From positions 1 through 64,000 of the IMG/VR virus record IMGVR_UViG_3300032254_000001: a DNA stretch of 64,000 nucleotides; one strand, written 5' to 3'. This document shows, one piece after another, positions 10,176 through 20,645 of the stretch. Position 1 is the stretch's first letter. Every line of letters starts with the position of its first letter. The notes under the pieces were generated by a model. It made no database searches. It saw nothing but the letters and a program-made list of their open reading frames with translations, and was not told the origin of the DNA. This DNA is from a virus (taxonomy: Duplodnaviria > Caudoviricetes). Made by a program: the position numbers and the translations under genes.

Positions 10176-11165
10176 TTAGTCGTCCCATTCCCATCCTGGA
10201 GGACCACTGTGACCGTGGTTGTCATCGCCATAGCCGTGTCCTGGACGGTCATCGTCGCCATCGTCGTGATCGCCTGGGCCGCCACAGTCATAACCGCATG
10301 GTGGTGGACCTGGTGGGAACGGATTAGTTGGACCTACTGGACCTTGTGGACCTACTGGACCTTGTGGACCTACTGGACCTTGTGGACCCATTGGACCTAC
10401 TGGACCTTGTGGACCCATTGGACCTGCTGGACCTTGTGGGCCAACTAAGCTATCGAGGAAGTCCTGCTCTGTGCCTTCGTTACCTTGGTCAACCCAGATA
10501 TCGTAAGCTGAAGCACCGTCTTGTCCGTCTGCACCATCAGCGCCATCTTGGCCGTCTGTAGCTTCGTTCGCTTCATCGTTAGTACGATTGTCATCTAAGT
10601 CTTTAAGTGCAAGACCAACAGTCAGGAAGTTTTCACCATGTTCTGGATTAAACGTACCGTAACGGTGTACAGCAATTTCCAAGTCAACGTCTTCATCGCC
10701 ATAGCCAACAGCTACACGGTTGAATACCTGGAAGTTACCAGTGTTACGCCAGTTAGTTCCATCTTCGTCTTGACCTTTAAAGTCTTTGTTTTCGCCCCAA
10801 GTGTAAGCTACACCAGGTGTCCAAGATGCATGTACGCTATCTTTATCGCCTGCTATACCTTCGTCTTCAGTGCTTATAACATAGCCAACACCAACAGCCA
10901 TCGCGTCGCGATCACAGTTTGGAGCACCACCATCGTCGTGCCACCATTTAGCTACGTGAGCCTCAACATCATTACGGCGGTAACGAATTGCGCCCATAAT
11001 CATTCGACCCTGGTTACGATTTTTGCAGAACAATGCTTTGTCGCTTGCATCAGATCGTCCACCACTTGAATCACCGAACCCAATACCGATCTCAAACATA
11101 ATTGATTGATCAGCTAATGCCGGGATTGGCAATAAAAGCATGAGTGTGAGTAATAATTTCTTCAT
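10176..11165 (-). CDS. exported beta-barrel-like (PagL-like) protein with collagen-like tail
   Basis: signal peptide, alternating beta strands, then GQDGADG and (GPQGPV)n repeats, C-terminal [18 protein letters not shown]. Confidence 0.6.
   Translation of the reverse strand: MKKLLLTLMLLLPIPALADQSIMFEIGIGFGDSSGGRSDASDKALFCKNRNQGRMIMGAIRYRRNDVEAHVAKWWHDDGGAPNCDRDAMAVGVGYVISTEDEGIAGDKDSVHASWTPGVAYTWGENKDFKGQDEDGTNWRNTGNFQVFNRVAVGYGDEDVDLEIAVHRYGTFNPEHGENFLTVGLALKDLDDNRTNDEANEATDGQDGADGADGQDGASAYDIWVDQGNEGTEQDFLDSLVGPQGPAGPMGPQGPVGPMGPQGPVGPQGPVGPQGPVGPTNPFPPGPPPCGYDCGGPGDHDDGDDDRPGHGYGDDNHGHSGPPGWEWDD
10329..10442 (+). repeat. 18-bp tandem repeat encoding collagen Gly-Pro-X
   Basis: TGGACC(T/C)A(C/T)TGGACCTTG repeated about 6 times with no spacers. 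Confidence 0.9.
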
Positions 11166-11204
11166 TTTGTTTTCTCCTTCATTTGATTTAAAAATTTTAT
11201 CAAT

Positions 11205-11735
11205 TTACCAGGTTATGTCTTCAAATTTCTTGTTGACTTTATCGTAAGTTGTAAACTTCCCATTTTTAATGTCCTGGTAGTTTACAGGTTTACCCCTGGT
11301 CATTTCAACACTGACGTTAACATACAATTCGTGCGCAACTCCTGTTGAATGTGTGTGCCCATGTATTACAGGCCTATGGTACAATTCACTTTCGTGAATT
11401 GGAAAGTGGCTAAGCCAGTGCCGTTTATATTTGATAGGCCCGATAATATCATCAAATATTTCTAAGTATTCAGTTATATGACGTTCGTCATGGTTACCAA
11501 GTAACAACTTCTTGCGCCCGGGTAATTTACCTAGTACGCTTAAATCGTATCCTAGATCGCCTAGGATGAAAATAACATCATTTTTCTTAACGGTGTCATT
11601 CCAATAATCATAAATCTTTTGATCGTGTTCGTCTATATTTTCTACGCCCATACACTGCGCACGAAAGCGGTCATGGAACTCAATGACTCGTCTGTGTCCT
11701 AAGTGTAAATCGCTGTTAAAGTATACTTGACTCAT
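11205..11735 (-). CDS. phage metallophosphoesterase
   Basis: SDLHLGH, LGDL, LGNHD, SHFP, HGHTH. Confidence 0.9.
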   Translation of the reverse strand: MSQVYFNSDLHLGHRRVIEFHDRFRAQCMGVENIDEHDQKIYDYWNDTVKKNDVIFILGDLGYDLSVLGKLPGRKKLLLGNHDERHITEYLEIFDDIIGPIKYKRHWLSHFPIHESELYHRPVIHGHTHSTGVAHELYVNVSVEMTRGKPVNYQDIKNGKFTTYDKVNKKFEDITW

Positions 11736-12010
11736 GTTTTTGTTTTTACTCTTTTTGTGTTTGCTTTATTAGCTCTTTGTCTTATTTGGTTTAAAATATT
11801 AGACGCACTTTCTTCTTTAGCAGGTTCAGCTGCTGGTTTAACCATTTTATAAATTAACTGGTACCTTTCCCAAGCTTCTTGCAATGCTGGATGTTTTTCA
11901 CGTAACAACTCATCCTCGGACTTAGGAGGGAGTTCGGCCCCGCTCTCTGCTTTCCTTTTGCGTATCTCATTGAGCAAGTTTTGTGCATTGCTTGTACCGC
12001 TGATCATTTG

Positions 12011-12286
12011 TTAGTCCGCTTTTTTACCTGGTGAAGACTGAATGGCAGTAATTGAATCAACTCTAAACGAACGGAAACCTTTTGCATCCATATCCCAAAC
12101 GGGCATAACTTCTTCGTTAATTTTCTTTGCATTGGTTCCAGGTTCTTTCTCAGGAACTGCTGGAAGCAGGTCTTCACGTAATGTACATTTCATCACACGG
12201 GTGTCACCATTCTTTTTGGTAAACGTAACTGTGAGGACATCTACGTGAAGTAAGTCGTTTAATGTTTCGCGATCTATATCAATCAT
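12011..12286 (-). CDS. WYL_2/Sm-like SH3-fold protein of T4-like phages
   Basis: VTFTKKNGDTRVMKCTL and VWDMDAKGFRSFR patterns. Confidence 0.7.
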   Translation of the reverse strand: MIDIDRETLNDLLHVDVLTVTFTKKNGDTRVMKCTLREDLLPAVPEKEPGTNAKKINEEVMPVWDMDAKGFRSFRVDSITAIQSSPGKKAD

Positions 12287-12880
12287 TTATTATATTTCCT
12301 AATTTGTAAAAGCATTTTAACATGCGGTATTTAAAAGGTCAACCTTAATTTACACATAAATGTCAATGAAATTGCCCTTTCGCTCAGTGATGTTATTAGC
12401 ACACTCGGTAATCTTTTCAACGTGCTTAACTGCGACTGGCGTTTCGATTTTGACACTTGTGACAGTTCGGTGTTGATTGTCGTGCTGGATATGAGTATAG
12501 TTTTCGATGTAGTTCATTAGAATGTCTCCAAGCTAATGTATTCGATTTTATCAACTGACAGTTCACAGCGGAAGGTATTAACTCTGCCATCAAACCCATC
12601 GTAGATGCGTGTCATGTCAAGTAACGCTGCTGTCATGATTCTGTCGCGCCATTCGAACTGGCTAATAGCGCCTGACTGATTAACAAACACATGCTCGACG
12701 CCTTTTGCAAATGCAGGACCACAGCGGTGGGTACCGGTTACTTCATATACTTCACCGTACGATGTTTTGATAGTAATGGTTTCTGTTACTCTGGGTTGAA
12801 CGTCTGGTGCAGCTAAAAAGATAATTGTAGAAAATACAATAAGTGCAATAACACTCCAAGTTACTGTAGAAAGTCTCATA

Positions 12881-13183
12881 TTAAATTACCTTGTTAGCCA
12901 TAATAGAGAATGAAAGATATTTTTCAACATCTTCTTTGAAGTACGGGAAAATAGTAAACAGTTGGAACGAGTCAACTTCGTCGTAAGTTTTCTTCTTGGT
13001 GCGCATTACTCTTTCAACGCTTGTCCATGAATCGTGCTTTTTAAAACGTATGGACTTACCACGAGCACCCCAGCCAGCATAGTAAGTATCACCTGCTTTG
13101 AATGCAGTCCACACCTTGTCAGATGTGACACCGTTTTTAGTTTGTTTACACCAACCAATAAATTCAAAGTCTATGTCACTCAT
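12881..13183 (-). CDS. WGR-domain-like protein
   Basis: SDKVW...YYAGWGARG; start moved to MSDIDFEF. Confidence 0.5.
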   Translation of the reverse strand: MSDIDFEFIGWCKQTKNGVTSDKVWTAFKAGDTYYAGWGARGKSIRFKKHDSWTSVERVMRTKKKTYDEVDSFQLFTIFPYFKEDVEKYLSFSIMANKVI

Positions 13184-13993
13184 ATCATTCACCTGTGTAA
13201 GGAGTGCCGTCTGCATTAATGCGAACACGGCTTTTATCAAACATGCCAGCTTTGATGTAATGAACACCAGTTTTGTGATCGACCCAAACTCGCAAACCGC
13301 TTTCGCCCTGTCCGAACTTATGCCATTTGGTCTTAGGCTTGTCGGTGCTGTCACGACCTGTGGAGTAATACATTAAGGCTTCGATAAACAAAACCATGCC
13401 TGCAATTGTAAAGAAGAAATCCATCTTAGTACTCGTACTTTAATTCAGAATGAGCGTGGTTGCATACTTCTTCAAGATCAACTACAGAACCAGGGCGGGC
13501 TTCGTTTTCAGCCTTAGCCCAAGCGTCAGCAGCTTCTGCGCTTGCAAACATTAGGAAGTCGTCATACAGTTCTTTGCCAGTTGCATCTAATCGTACTACT
13601 TTAAATTCGCGCATATCGGTATCCTTAAATTGCTTCGGGTAATTGATAAATGAAACTGTTAGCCGCTGTCTTTTTAATAACAACACCTAGTTCTTCTAAT
13701 TCTTTGTTGGTCTTGCGTACTGCTGACCTGTATTGGTTCTGCCCAGGTTTTTCAACTTTAATAGCTATGAACTTAGCACGGTAATTTGGCGGATAAACCT
13801 TAGCGCCAAAATATGCGTTATCAAGCAGACAGCGTATATCTTGCGCCCTTCCTTTTTGGTCCGATGTATACAGCCCTTCATACTTTGCATTATAGCGTTT
13901 CGCATCAATAGCCGCGAATTGTGGGTTTTGTGTGCGCTTTGCCTGTTCGTCTTCTGTATACATCTGCTTTACCTTTTATCTAACTATGTACTA

Positions 13994-14063
13994 ATTATAC
14001 GGTGATCTGGGGTAAAGGTCAACCTTTTATTGCATTATTTGTGGTATATAAATCAATGACTTA
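13994..14063 (-). promoter_or_regulatory. sigma70-type promoter plus IHF-like site
   Basis: TTGACC-17-TATAAT-TAGTACATAG (13994-14022); AATCAATGACTTA at 14051-14063. Confidence 0.75.
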
Positions 14064-14555
14064 GCAGTTTTTTGCCTCTTTAATGGATTTTCTGCCAGGA
14101 GTTTTACAGTCTCCGAACATATGGGTTTTAACTGTATGGCAGTTTGGGCACAGAGTTTGCAAATTATCCGGGTGATTATTATCCGGGTTTCCGTCAATAT
14201 GATCTACCTGTAAAAGTGCTGAAAATTCTTTGAAGGGCTTTTTAGGATATGTGCATTTAAAGTTCAGTCGCCCGTCGATGTTTTCGCAATAATTTTTTCT
14301 GTGTTTTCTATAAGGATGAGTGCTGTTAACATAATCAGCCACACTATCGAACCCCGCGTTCATTGCCACTACCTGAGCAACATTTTTTAAACCATGTTTT
14401 GCGCCAGTCCGTGTATCGTGGCATTGGCGACACCATTTACGATAATGTGTTCTGCCTGTGCCACGATAATTATGGTTTGTTGCAACTTGTAAATTATTGC
14501 ATCCCGGAGTGAAGCATGTCGCCTGAGTATACACATCGCGTTTCGTTGTTTGCAC
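14061..14555 (-). CDS. HNH endonuclease
   Basis: LQVDHIDGNPDNNHPDNLQTLCPNCH. Confidence 0.9.
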   Translation of the reverse strand: MQTTKRDVYTQATCFTPGCNNLQVATNHNYRGTGRTHYRKWCRQCHDTRTGAKHGLKNVAQVVAMNAGFDSVADYVNSTHPYRKHRKNYCENIDGRLNFKCTYPKKPFKEFSALLQVDHIDGNPDNNHPDNLQTLCPNCHTVKTHMFGDCKTPGRKSIKEAKNC

Positions 14556-14557
14556 GG

Positions 14558-15043
14558 TTATTTCCTTTTGTTGGGATTCTTCTTATTACTCATTATAGAC
14601 GAGTTAGTGTAGTTTGCAACCTTTTTCGCAACCCATTTGCCGAATTTCTGCATCCGTTCATCTTGCATTAATTTTTCAACAGTGTTGTAATCACGTGCAA
14701 GTTCTTTGTCCGTAAAGGTTGCATGTATGAAATCGTGACACACTCTGTGGATCCGTACTGTCTCCTTGCCCTTCTTACATTTAGGTATAAGGTGATGTTC
14801 CGACATTGTGTTGTCGTAAGGGCGGTAGCATATCGGACATAGGTCTTCAAAGCTATCGCTAAAATCTTTAAGGAATTGGTGTATGTTTTCTTCGGATTCG
14901 ATTGTGTGCTTTAAATCGTCGATAGCATTTTGCTTGTGAAAGTATTCGCCACTTTCGACTACGTCTCCAGAAGGAGTGGTGACATTAAAGCGCCACCACC
15001 CATCTTCATCTTCGTATACTCCTGATACTTCAAACTGCAACAT
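14558..15043 (-). CDS. HNH-fold protein with DUF1508/YegP-like N-terminus
   Basis: CPIC..EHHLIPK..HRVCHDFIH; N-terminal DEDGWWRFNVTTPSGDVVESGEYF. Confidence 0.6.
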   Translation of the reverse strand: MLQFEVSGVYEDEDGWWRFNVTTPSGDVVESGEYFHKQNAIDDLKHTIESEENIHQFLKDFSDSFEDLCPICYRPYDNTMSEHHLIPKCKKGKETVRIHRVCHDFIHATFTDKELARDYNTVEKLMQDERMQKFGKWVAKKVANYTNSSIMSNKKNPNKRK

Positions 15044-16493
15044 TAGCTCTTACTTCGTTAAAAGTAATTTCGTTGTATAAGTCACCTTTGTAGTACACTA
15101 GGTTCATAATATCTTCCAAGTTATCGTCTAGAGGTCCTTGGTCCAACCGTGCTGTAAACAATTCACCAGTTAGAATATCACGTGCAAGTGATAACACACC
15201 TTCCTTAGACTTCTTGCCAGGATCTGTAACAGGATCCTTTGCAATGCCAACCCATTGATCGTCTACTAAAATAGCACACGCCTTTTGAGCAAACTTCAAA
15301 GTATCGCGGTTAACTTTTTGCAGCAATGCACCACCGCTACCAAATATAACAGTGTCAGCAGCGTAGCCTAACTCTTCGGTAACCATATCAAGTACTTCGC
15401 TAATGATAGCGCGGTCGATTCCGTCCCCTTGAATTATGCCTACATTGTTTATCTGCTTGTAACCTTCTGGAGTGGTAGTAGTACCAAACGCTTCAGCTTG
15501 TAGCTTTAACAGCAATGGAATGTTTACCATCATGTCGCCACTGTCCGGACGGAATACAATCTTTGCTTTACTAGCAATGATCTCATCTTTAAGAACGGTA
15601 CAAAGCAATCTAGCTTCACGCTCCATGTCGTAACCATCAATTACAATTGATACAACAGTGCCTTCTACTGCTTGACTTAACTGCTGACGTAAGTAACGCA
15701 ATGCATCTTCTGTACCGCCACCGAACGAACATTGTATGCTGTGTTCAGTTGCGTAAACGCTGAAGCCTGACATTGCTTCTTTATAAAAGAAGTTTGCAGC
15801 TAGTACGCCTTCCACAGTGTCCGATCCTAAAAAGTTAACAAGGTGAGCAGCACCGCCAATTTCAGCAGTCTCAGCACTCGATACGCCACGTCCACCAAAG
15901 TCGTGCAATGCGAATGGCAGTAAGCCTTTGTCCGCACCAGTCTTATCGTAGTACGCTTCGATCTCATTCTTAACAATGTAGTCCATTGTTGCAATAGTTG
16001 TGGGATACCAGATAGCACGTTGGATGAGAGTTTCAAAACCCGCTGACATCCAGAACAGATCTTTGTCTAATACAGTAACGGAATAGATAGGCTGGCTACC
16101 ATTCATAACTGTACCTTCTGGAACTGCTCGGATTATAAGTGGAAGCTTACCGTTGTATTCGTTAACAACTTTCTCCCACGCTTCACGTGCAAACAACTTG
16201 CGACCAAAGTGAGCAACACTGAACTCTTCAGCTGCATCCACATCCGCCATTGTGATTGTTTGTGTAAGGTATCGCTTTAATAGCATCTGCATACCAAATG
16301 GTACAACAGTATCTTCAGGAGCAACACGGGTCTCACCGTATGATGTCATGCCTGCAATGCTAATGTCTGTTGGGTATGCGAAAGGGTGACTAAACTTATA
16401 GCTGTCAATTCTGCATATAAGACTAATGACAAATGTCTCGTCTTGTGTGTATGCGACATCAGTCGCCTTGGGTGTAAATATATCAGTATTCAT
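15030..16493 (-). CDS. nadV: nicotinamide phosphoribosyltransferase (NAMPT)
   Basis: DSYKFSH, LHDFGGRG, ATEHS, RPDSGD, QGDG, FGSGGALLQKVNRDT. Confidence 0.93.
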   Translation of the reverse strand: MNTDIFTPKATDVAYTQDETFVISLICRIDSYKFSHPFAYPTDISIAGMTSYGETRVAPEDTVVPFGMQMLLKRYLTQTITMADVDAAEEFSVAHFGRKLFAREAWEKVVNEYNGKLPLIIRAVPEGTVMNGSQPIYSVTVLDKDLFWMSAGFETLIQRAIWYPTTIATMDYIVKNEIEAYYDKTGADKGLLPFALHDFGGRGVSSAETAEIGGAAHLVNFLGSDTVEGVLAANFFYKEAMSGFSVYATEHSIQCSFGGGTEDALRYLRQQLSQAVEGTVVSIVIDGYDMEREARLLCTVLKDEIIASKAKIVFRPDSGDMMVNIPLLLKLQAEAFGTTTTPEGYKQINNVGIIQGDGIDRAIISEVLDMVTEELGYAADTVIFGSGGALLQKVNRDTLKFAQKACAILVDDQWVGIAKDPVTDPGKKSKEGVLSLARDILTGELFTARLDQGPLDDNLEDIMNLVYYKGDLYNEITFNEVRANVAV

Positions 16494-16508
16494 AATTAAA
16501 CTCCTTAA

Positions 16509-17417
16509 TTATTTTGAAAAACTTAACATTCTTTGGATTGGCTTTCTAGCTAGCTCAATTTCATCGTCTGTTAAATAGTCTATTGCGGTACCACCAGTAC
16601 CGTTAATTGCTGCCCGAACAGCCTCTATTGTATTCATCTTCATGAAAGGACAAATATTACAAGAACATCCATTATACCCTAAAGCAGGTCTAATGTCAAG
16701 CTCTTTTCGCGCTTTTCGCATGTCATTTAGTAGGCCTTCCTCAGTTGCTACCCAAATTGTGCCAACCTTATGGGGGAAATCCTTCACCCATTGTAGCATT
16801 TTATTGGTAGAACCAACGAAGTCCGCCATTTCTAGTAAATCCAGTTGAGCTTCTGGGTGGGCAAGGACGTACTTGCCTCCATCCGTCCACCCACGCATAT
16901 CCTTCTTAAGCTGGTCTGCATTCATCATATCGTGTACATCGCATACAGAAGTATAAACTCCCATATCGTAACCAAATTCCTTATTGATGTATGATCCCAT
17001 GTTAGCATCAGGGCTGAATATAACGTCATTACCGCTATCAATTTCTGCCTCTACAATTGCGTTAACATTTGCAGATGTAACAATAATGTCAGCCATGCCT
17101 TTCATTGCAACCGAGCTGTTAATGTACATGATGTGAGTTGCGTCGTGATTAGCTGTGCGCCATTTACGTAACTCGTCTAAGTCAGTCTGTTCAACTAATG
17201 AACACGTTGCCTTAAAATCAGGTATAATAACTTCAGTGTCCGGAAGCATAACCTTTGCAGTTTCTGCCATAAATCTAACACCGGCAAAAACTATACGCTT
17301 AGGATTAACTCGTTGCGCTTCTTCTATTAAGCCTAAGCTATCACCAACAAAGTCAGCCATGGCTTTAACTTCTTCAGGAGCGTACCAGTGTGCTAAAATT
17401 AAAGTATCTTTATTCAT
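16509..17417 (-). CDS. nadA: quinolinate synthase A
   Basis: LAHWY, GDS, GVRFMAETAK, CSL, YINS, CDVH, AHPE, GST, CPFMK (three Fe-S cysteines). Confidence 0.93.
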   Translation of the reverse strand: MNKDTLILAHWYAPEEVKAMADFVGDSLGLIEEAQRVNPKRIVFAGVRFMAETAKVMLPDTEVIIPDFKATCSLVEQTDLDELRKWRTANHDATHIMYINSSVAMKGMADIIVTSANVNAIVEAEIDSGNDVIFSPDANMGSYINKEFGYDMGVYTSVCDVHDMMNADQLKKDMRGWTDGGKYVLAHPEAQLDLLEMADFVGSTNKMLQWVKDFPHKVGTIWVATEEGLLNDMRKARKELDIRPALGYNGCSCNICPFMKMNTIEAVRAAINGTGGTAIDYLTDDEIELARKPIQRMLSFSK

Positions 17418-18372
17418 CGCCCACCTCCTGGATTATTTCAAATAGCCTTAGGCCTTTTGCTTCGTCAGTTGCGTGATCAATGCCATCAATTGCATTTTGT
17501 AAACTAGTCTTAATGGACTTTAGTTTCTTTGTGTCCATAGTACGTACAAATTCAGCAGCATTGTTGGCTTTTCTAATATCAAACGAAGCACCGCATACAA
17601 TGGAACTTTTGTTAAATGCTGTATCGGTTGCATTGCGGAATCCTAGTATCATTGCAATCTCTGACATTGATACGTCAACTAAGAACCCACCGTGTGTATC
17701 TGCTATGATCTTCATTTTGCACCTCCTACGATACCGTGACGTTGCAATACAGCAATCTCGTCTTCGTTAAGTTTATCAAGTGTTTGCTTAAGAAAAATGT
17801 CTTCCTCTTCTTCTTTAATTTCCTGGAAGACTTGCTGCATACGAACGACACGCATTGTACCAAAGTGTACTTTCTCTTTACCGTAGTACGATGTCATTTG
17901 TTTTGCAGAACGTAGCAATGCAAATGCCTTGCCTATTTCCTTAAACACGTTGCGGCTTTCAACCCGACTACTAAAGAAAGGATAGCCACCGCTGTGATCG
18001 TCAATACCAATGAAGCCGATGCCACCATCGGAGGTATCATAAATTACTGTATAACCTTTATCGATTTTGTTATTCATTTTGGCCTCCGTACTTTGTAGTC
18101 TATGATTTTAACTTTACGCTTTTTAGTAACATCTTCTAAACAAGTGTCTAGCTTTATGCCGTAAGCGTCAAGCTTAATGTATGCCTTGTACTGGTTTACA
18201 TAACGTGGAATACCCATGTCGTAGTATTCCTTACTTTCAAGTTTCCAGGTAACTTTGAAATCTTGTACTGACTCATCTGGCATCTGTAGTGTGATGCGAG
18301 ATAGTGCTGCGGTTACGTCAGTCTTATCGATTTCCCAATAAAGGTCTTCCCAGTTGTTAGTTATTTTAAGTC

Positions 18373-18777
18373 TCATCGTTCTGCTCCCATGGTGTCGTAG
18401 CCTGAACGCTCGTAACGTGGAGCTTCATCGCGCTTCTCAACTGCATTGCTTGCGCTTAACTCGTACAATGCATCGGCGCTATAATGTGGACGGTATATAG
18501 GTTGTCCCTTCCACTTAAACTGTTCACGCGCCTCGTGTTCTACTGCGGCGAGTACAGCTTTAAGACCTGTGCTAAGAATCTCTTCGTCGCACATATGAAA
18601 GCTCAACATCCATTTACGGCAGTTCTGCAATTGCATCTCACCATCTGGATTCATGTTGTCTTGTGCTAAGAACTTAACTTGTAAGTACGGCACATCGTTC
18701 GTATAACGTAACAGGATGTTCCAGTCGTTAAATGAAAGTTCGTTTACTAATTTTTCTAATGATTCTTTTGTTTGCAT
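18373..18777 (-). CDS. conserved hypothetical phage protein
   Basis: CRKWMLS..AVEHEAREQF pattern; in operon with NAD genes. Confidence 0.6.
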   Translation of the reverse strand: MQTKESLEKLVNELSFNDWNILLRYTNDVPYLQVKFLAQDNMNPDGEMQLQNCRKWMLSFHMCDEEILSTGLKAVLAAVEHEAREQFKWKGQPIYRPHYSADALYELSASNAVEKRDEAPRYERSGYDTMGAER

Positions 18778-18787
18778 GATAGTCTCC

Positions 18788-19828
18788 CTACGCTCTGCTT
18801 AACATGTTCTTTATGATTGAGTAGTGATCCTCAAACATAACGCCTTGCATTGTTTCAAATTCTGCAAGCGATACCCATTTAATATTTTGGGTTTCTTCGT
18901 TACCTTTTACTTTTGGTAACACGGCTGCGTTATCTAGTTGAAACAGAAATGCGTGTGTAATTGTGCGACCACGTGTTGAACGATTAGGATCATCAAAGTA
19001 GTCCTGGTGTGCGATAGAACCGCGTAGTACCTTTTCGGGTACCTTCAGTCTAGTCTCTTCACGTAGTTCGCGAAGTACAGTATTCTTTAACTTCTCACCT
19101 GGGTCAACAAAGCCGCCGGGCATTGCCCACAAACCTTTACCGGGGTAACCGTTACGCTGTATAAGCAAGATGTGTCCGCTTTGTTCTACTACGGCATCAG
19201 CAGTAACGAAGGTTGGCTCGTATGGTGCTGCTTTCCACGCTTTCTTGTAAGCTTCAACGTAATCCCATTCTTTTTGCAGCCCTTCAAACACATCAGACTT
19301 TAGAAAGTCACGTACTTGAGTACCTGGAACTACCCCATCAACAAACGATAATTGATTAGTAAACATCAGTTGCCTGATCTTAGTTGAATCAATTGTATCG
19401 CCTACTTCTGGATAAGCTGGCATTTCGATATATTCCCATTGGGGGAAATAGTTTAGGTAATAACTGCTGTGGTCTTTGTCGTGTCCGATAACTGCAACAC
19501 GGATACACTTTTCATCACGTAGACGAATATCCTGTACCGTTTTAGTAATCTTCTCACCTACTTGCTGGATCCATTCGTTATCGTTGTAACTGTAATCATT
19601 AAGACCATCAGTATACAAACTGATATCATCAAAGCTTGATTGAATAGCATCAGAGCGTTCGTCGTATGTCCAGGGGTTTCGTATGGTGCGCGGTCCGTTA
19701 GCAGAACCTATTAATACCAACACGTTGTTGGCAATGTTGCTAGCTACACGAACAGTTTCGCGGTGGCCTTTGTGGAATGGTTGAAATCTGCCAATGAAAA
19801 CTACTAAATCATATTTTTTATCATTCAT
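18788..19828 (-). CDS. nadM: bifunctional NMN adenylyltransferase / ADP-ribose pyrophosphatase (NadM-Nudix)
   Basis: GRFQPFHKGH (HxGH) and Nudix box GGFVDPGE....VLRELREET. Confidence 0.95.
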   Translation of the reverse strand: MNDKKYDLVVFIGRFQPFHKGHRETVRVASNIANNVLVLIGSANGPRTIRNPWTYDERSDAIQSSFDDISLYTDGLNDYSYNDNEWIQQVGEKITKTVQDIRLRDEKCIRVAVIGHDKDHSSYYLNYFPQWEYIEMPAYPEVGDTIDSTKIRQLMFTNQLSFVDGVVPGTQVRDFLKSDVFEGLQKEWDYVEAYKKAWKAAPYEPTFVTADAVVEQSGHILLIQRNGYPGKGLWAMPGGFVDPGEKLKNTVLRELREETRLKVPEKVLRGSIAHQDYFDDPNRSTRGRTITHAFLFQLDNAAVLPKVKGNEETQNIKWVSLAEFETMQGVMFEDHYSIIKNMLSRA

Positions 19829-19850
19829 TTTATAACTCCTATAAAATTTT

Positions 19851-20570
19851 ATGAATAAGTTAAAACCGATAAATAAAACTATGTTTATTGAAAATAAGTA
19901 TAAAACATGGTATTATAATATCATTGACTCGGCGCAATTTAGAAAAGTGCCGAGCATTACTGAAAAACATCATATTATTCCGAAATCGTTGGGCGGTAGT
20001 GATGCTCCTGAAAATCTTGCGTATCTTACTCCCCGAGAACATTATATTTGTCACGCTTGTTTGACAAAAATCACGCAAGGAGAAGCTCTGAACAAAATGA
20101 TTTATGCCTTTTGGTGTATGTCCAATCGATTTAATAAATCGCAATTTTCTAGGTCTAGGCTGTATGAGCAAGCCCGCAGTGCATTTGTAAAAACTAAGAG
20201 CGAAGCAATGAAAGGTGCTGGTAATCATTTTCATGGCCGCACCCACTCAAAAGAGACTCGGCGTAAGATGTCCGAAAATAATGCAATGCGTCGACTGGAG
20301 GTTCGAGAAAAATGTAAAGGTCCTCGGCCTGATTTCTTACCGCATAACCATTTTACTGGATGGAACGATGAGGTAAAAGCAAAGATTTCAAAATCACTTA
20401 GTGGTCGTAAATTATCTAAAGAAACAAAAGATAAAATGAAAGAATCAAAAGCTAATTTGGTTTGGGTGTATAAAGAGCATACCAAACCAAAACAAGTTGA
20501 TAGCTTGAATTTATCTACACTATTAGCTAGCGGTTGGTTGCGTGGACGAGGACCACGCAAATATTGGTAA
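19851..20570 (+). mobile_element. free-standing HNH/NUMOD3 homing endonuclease, opposite orientation
   Basis: EKHHIIPKSLGGSD..NL.YLTPREHYICH plus NUMOD3-like HSKETRRKMS repeats. Confidence 0.85.
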
Positions 20571-20616
20571 TTTGTATTCATCGTATTAGACTCCCTAATT
20601 GATGTTTCTTGTGCTA

Positions 20617-20645
20617 ATTATAGCAAGGTATAACTACTTAGTCAA
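20617..20645 (-). promoter_or_regulatory. sigma70-type promoter
   Basis: TTGACT-17-TATAAT upstream of NAD operon. Confidence 0.7.

Noticed and set aside
10329-10442. Tandem repeat as possible CRISPR array; plus-strand ORFs 10161-10448 and 10328-10561
   Set aside because: Repeats are contiguous with no spacers and encode collagen triplets on the minus strand; the plus ORFs are shadows
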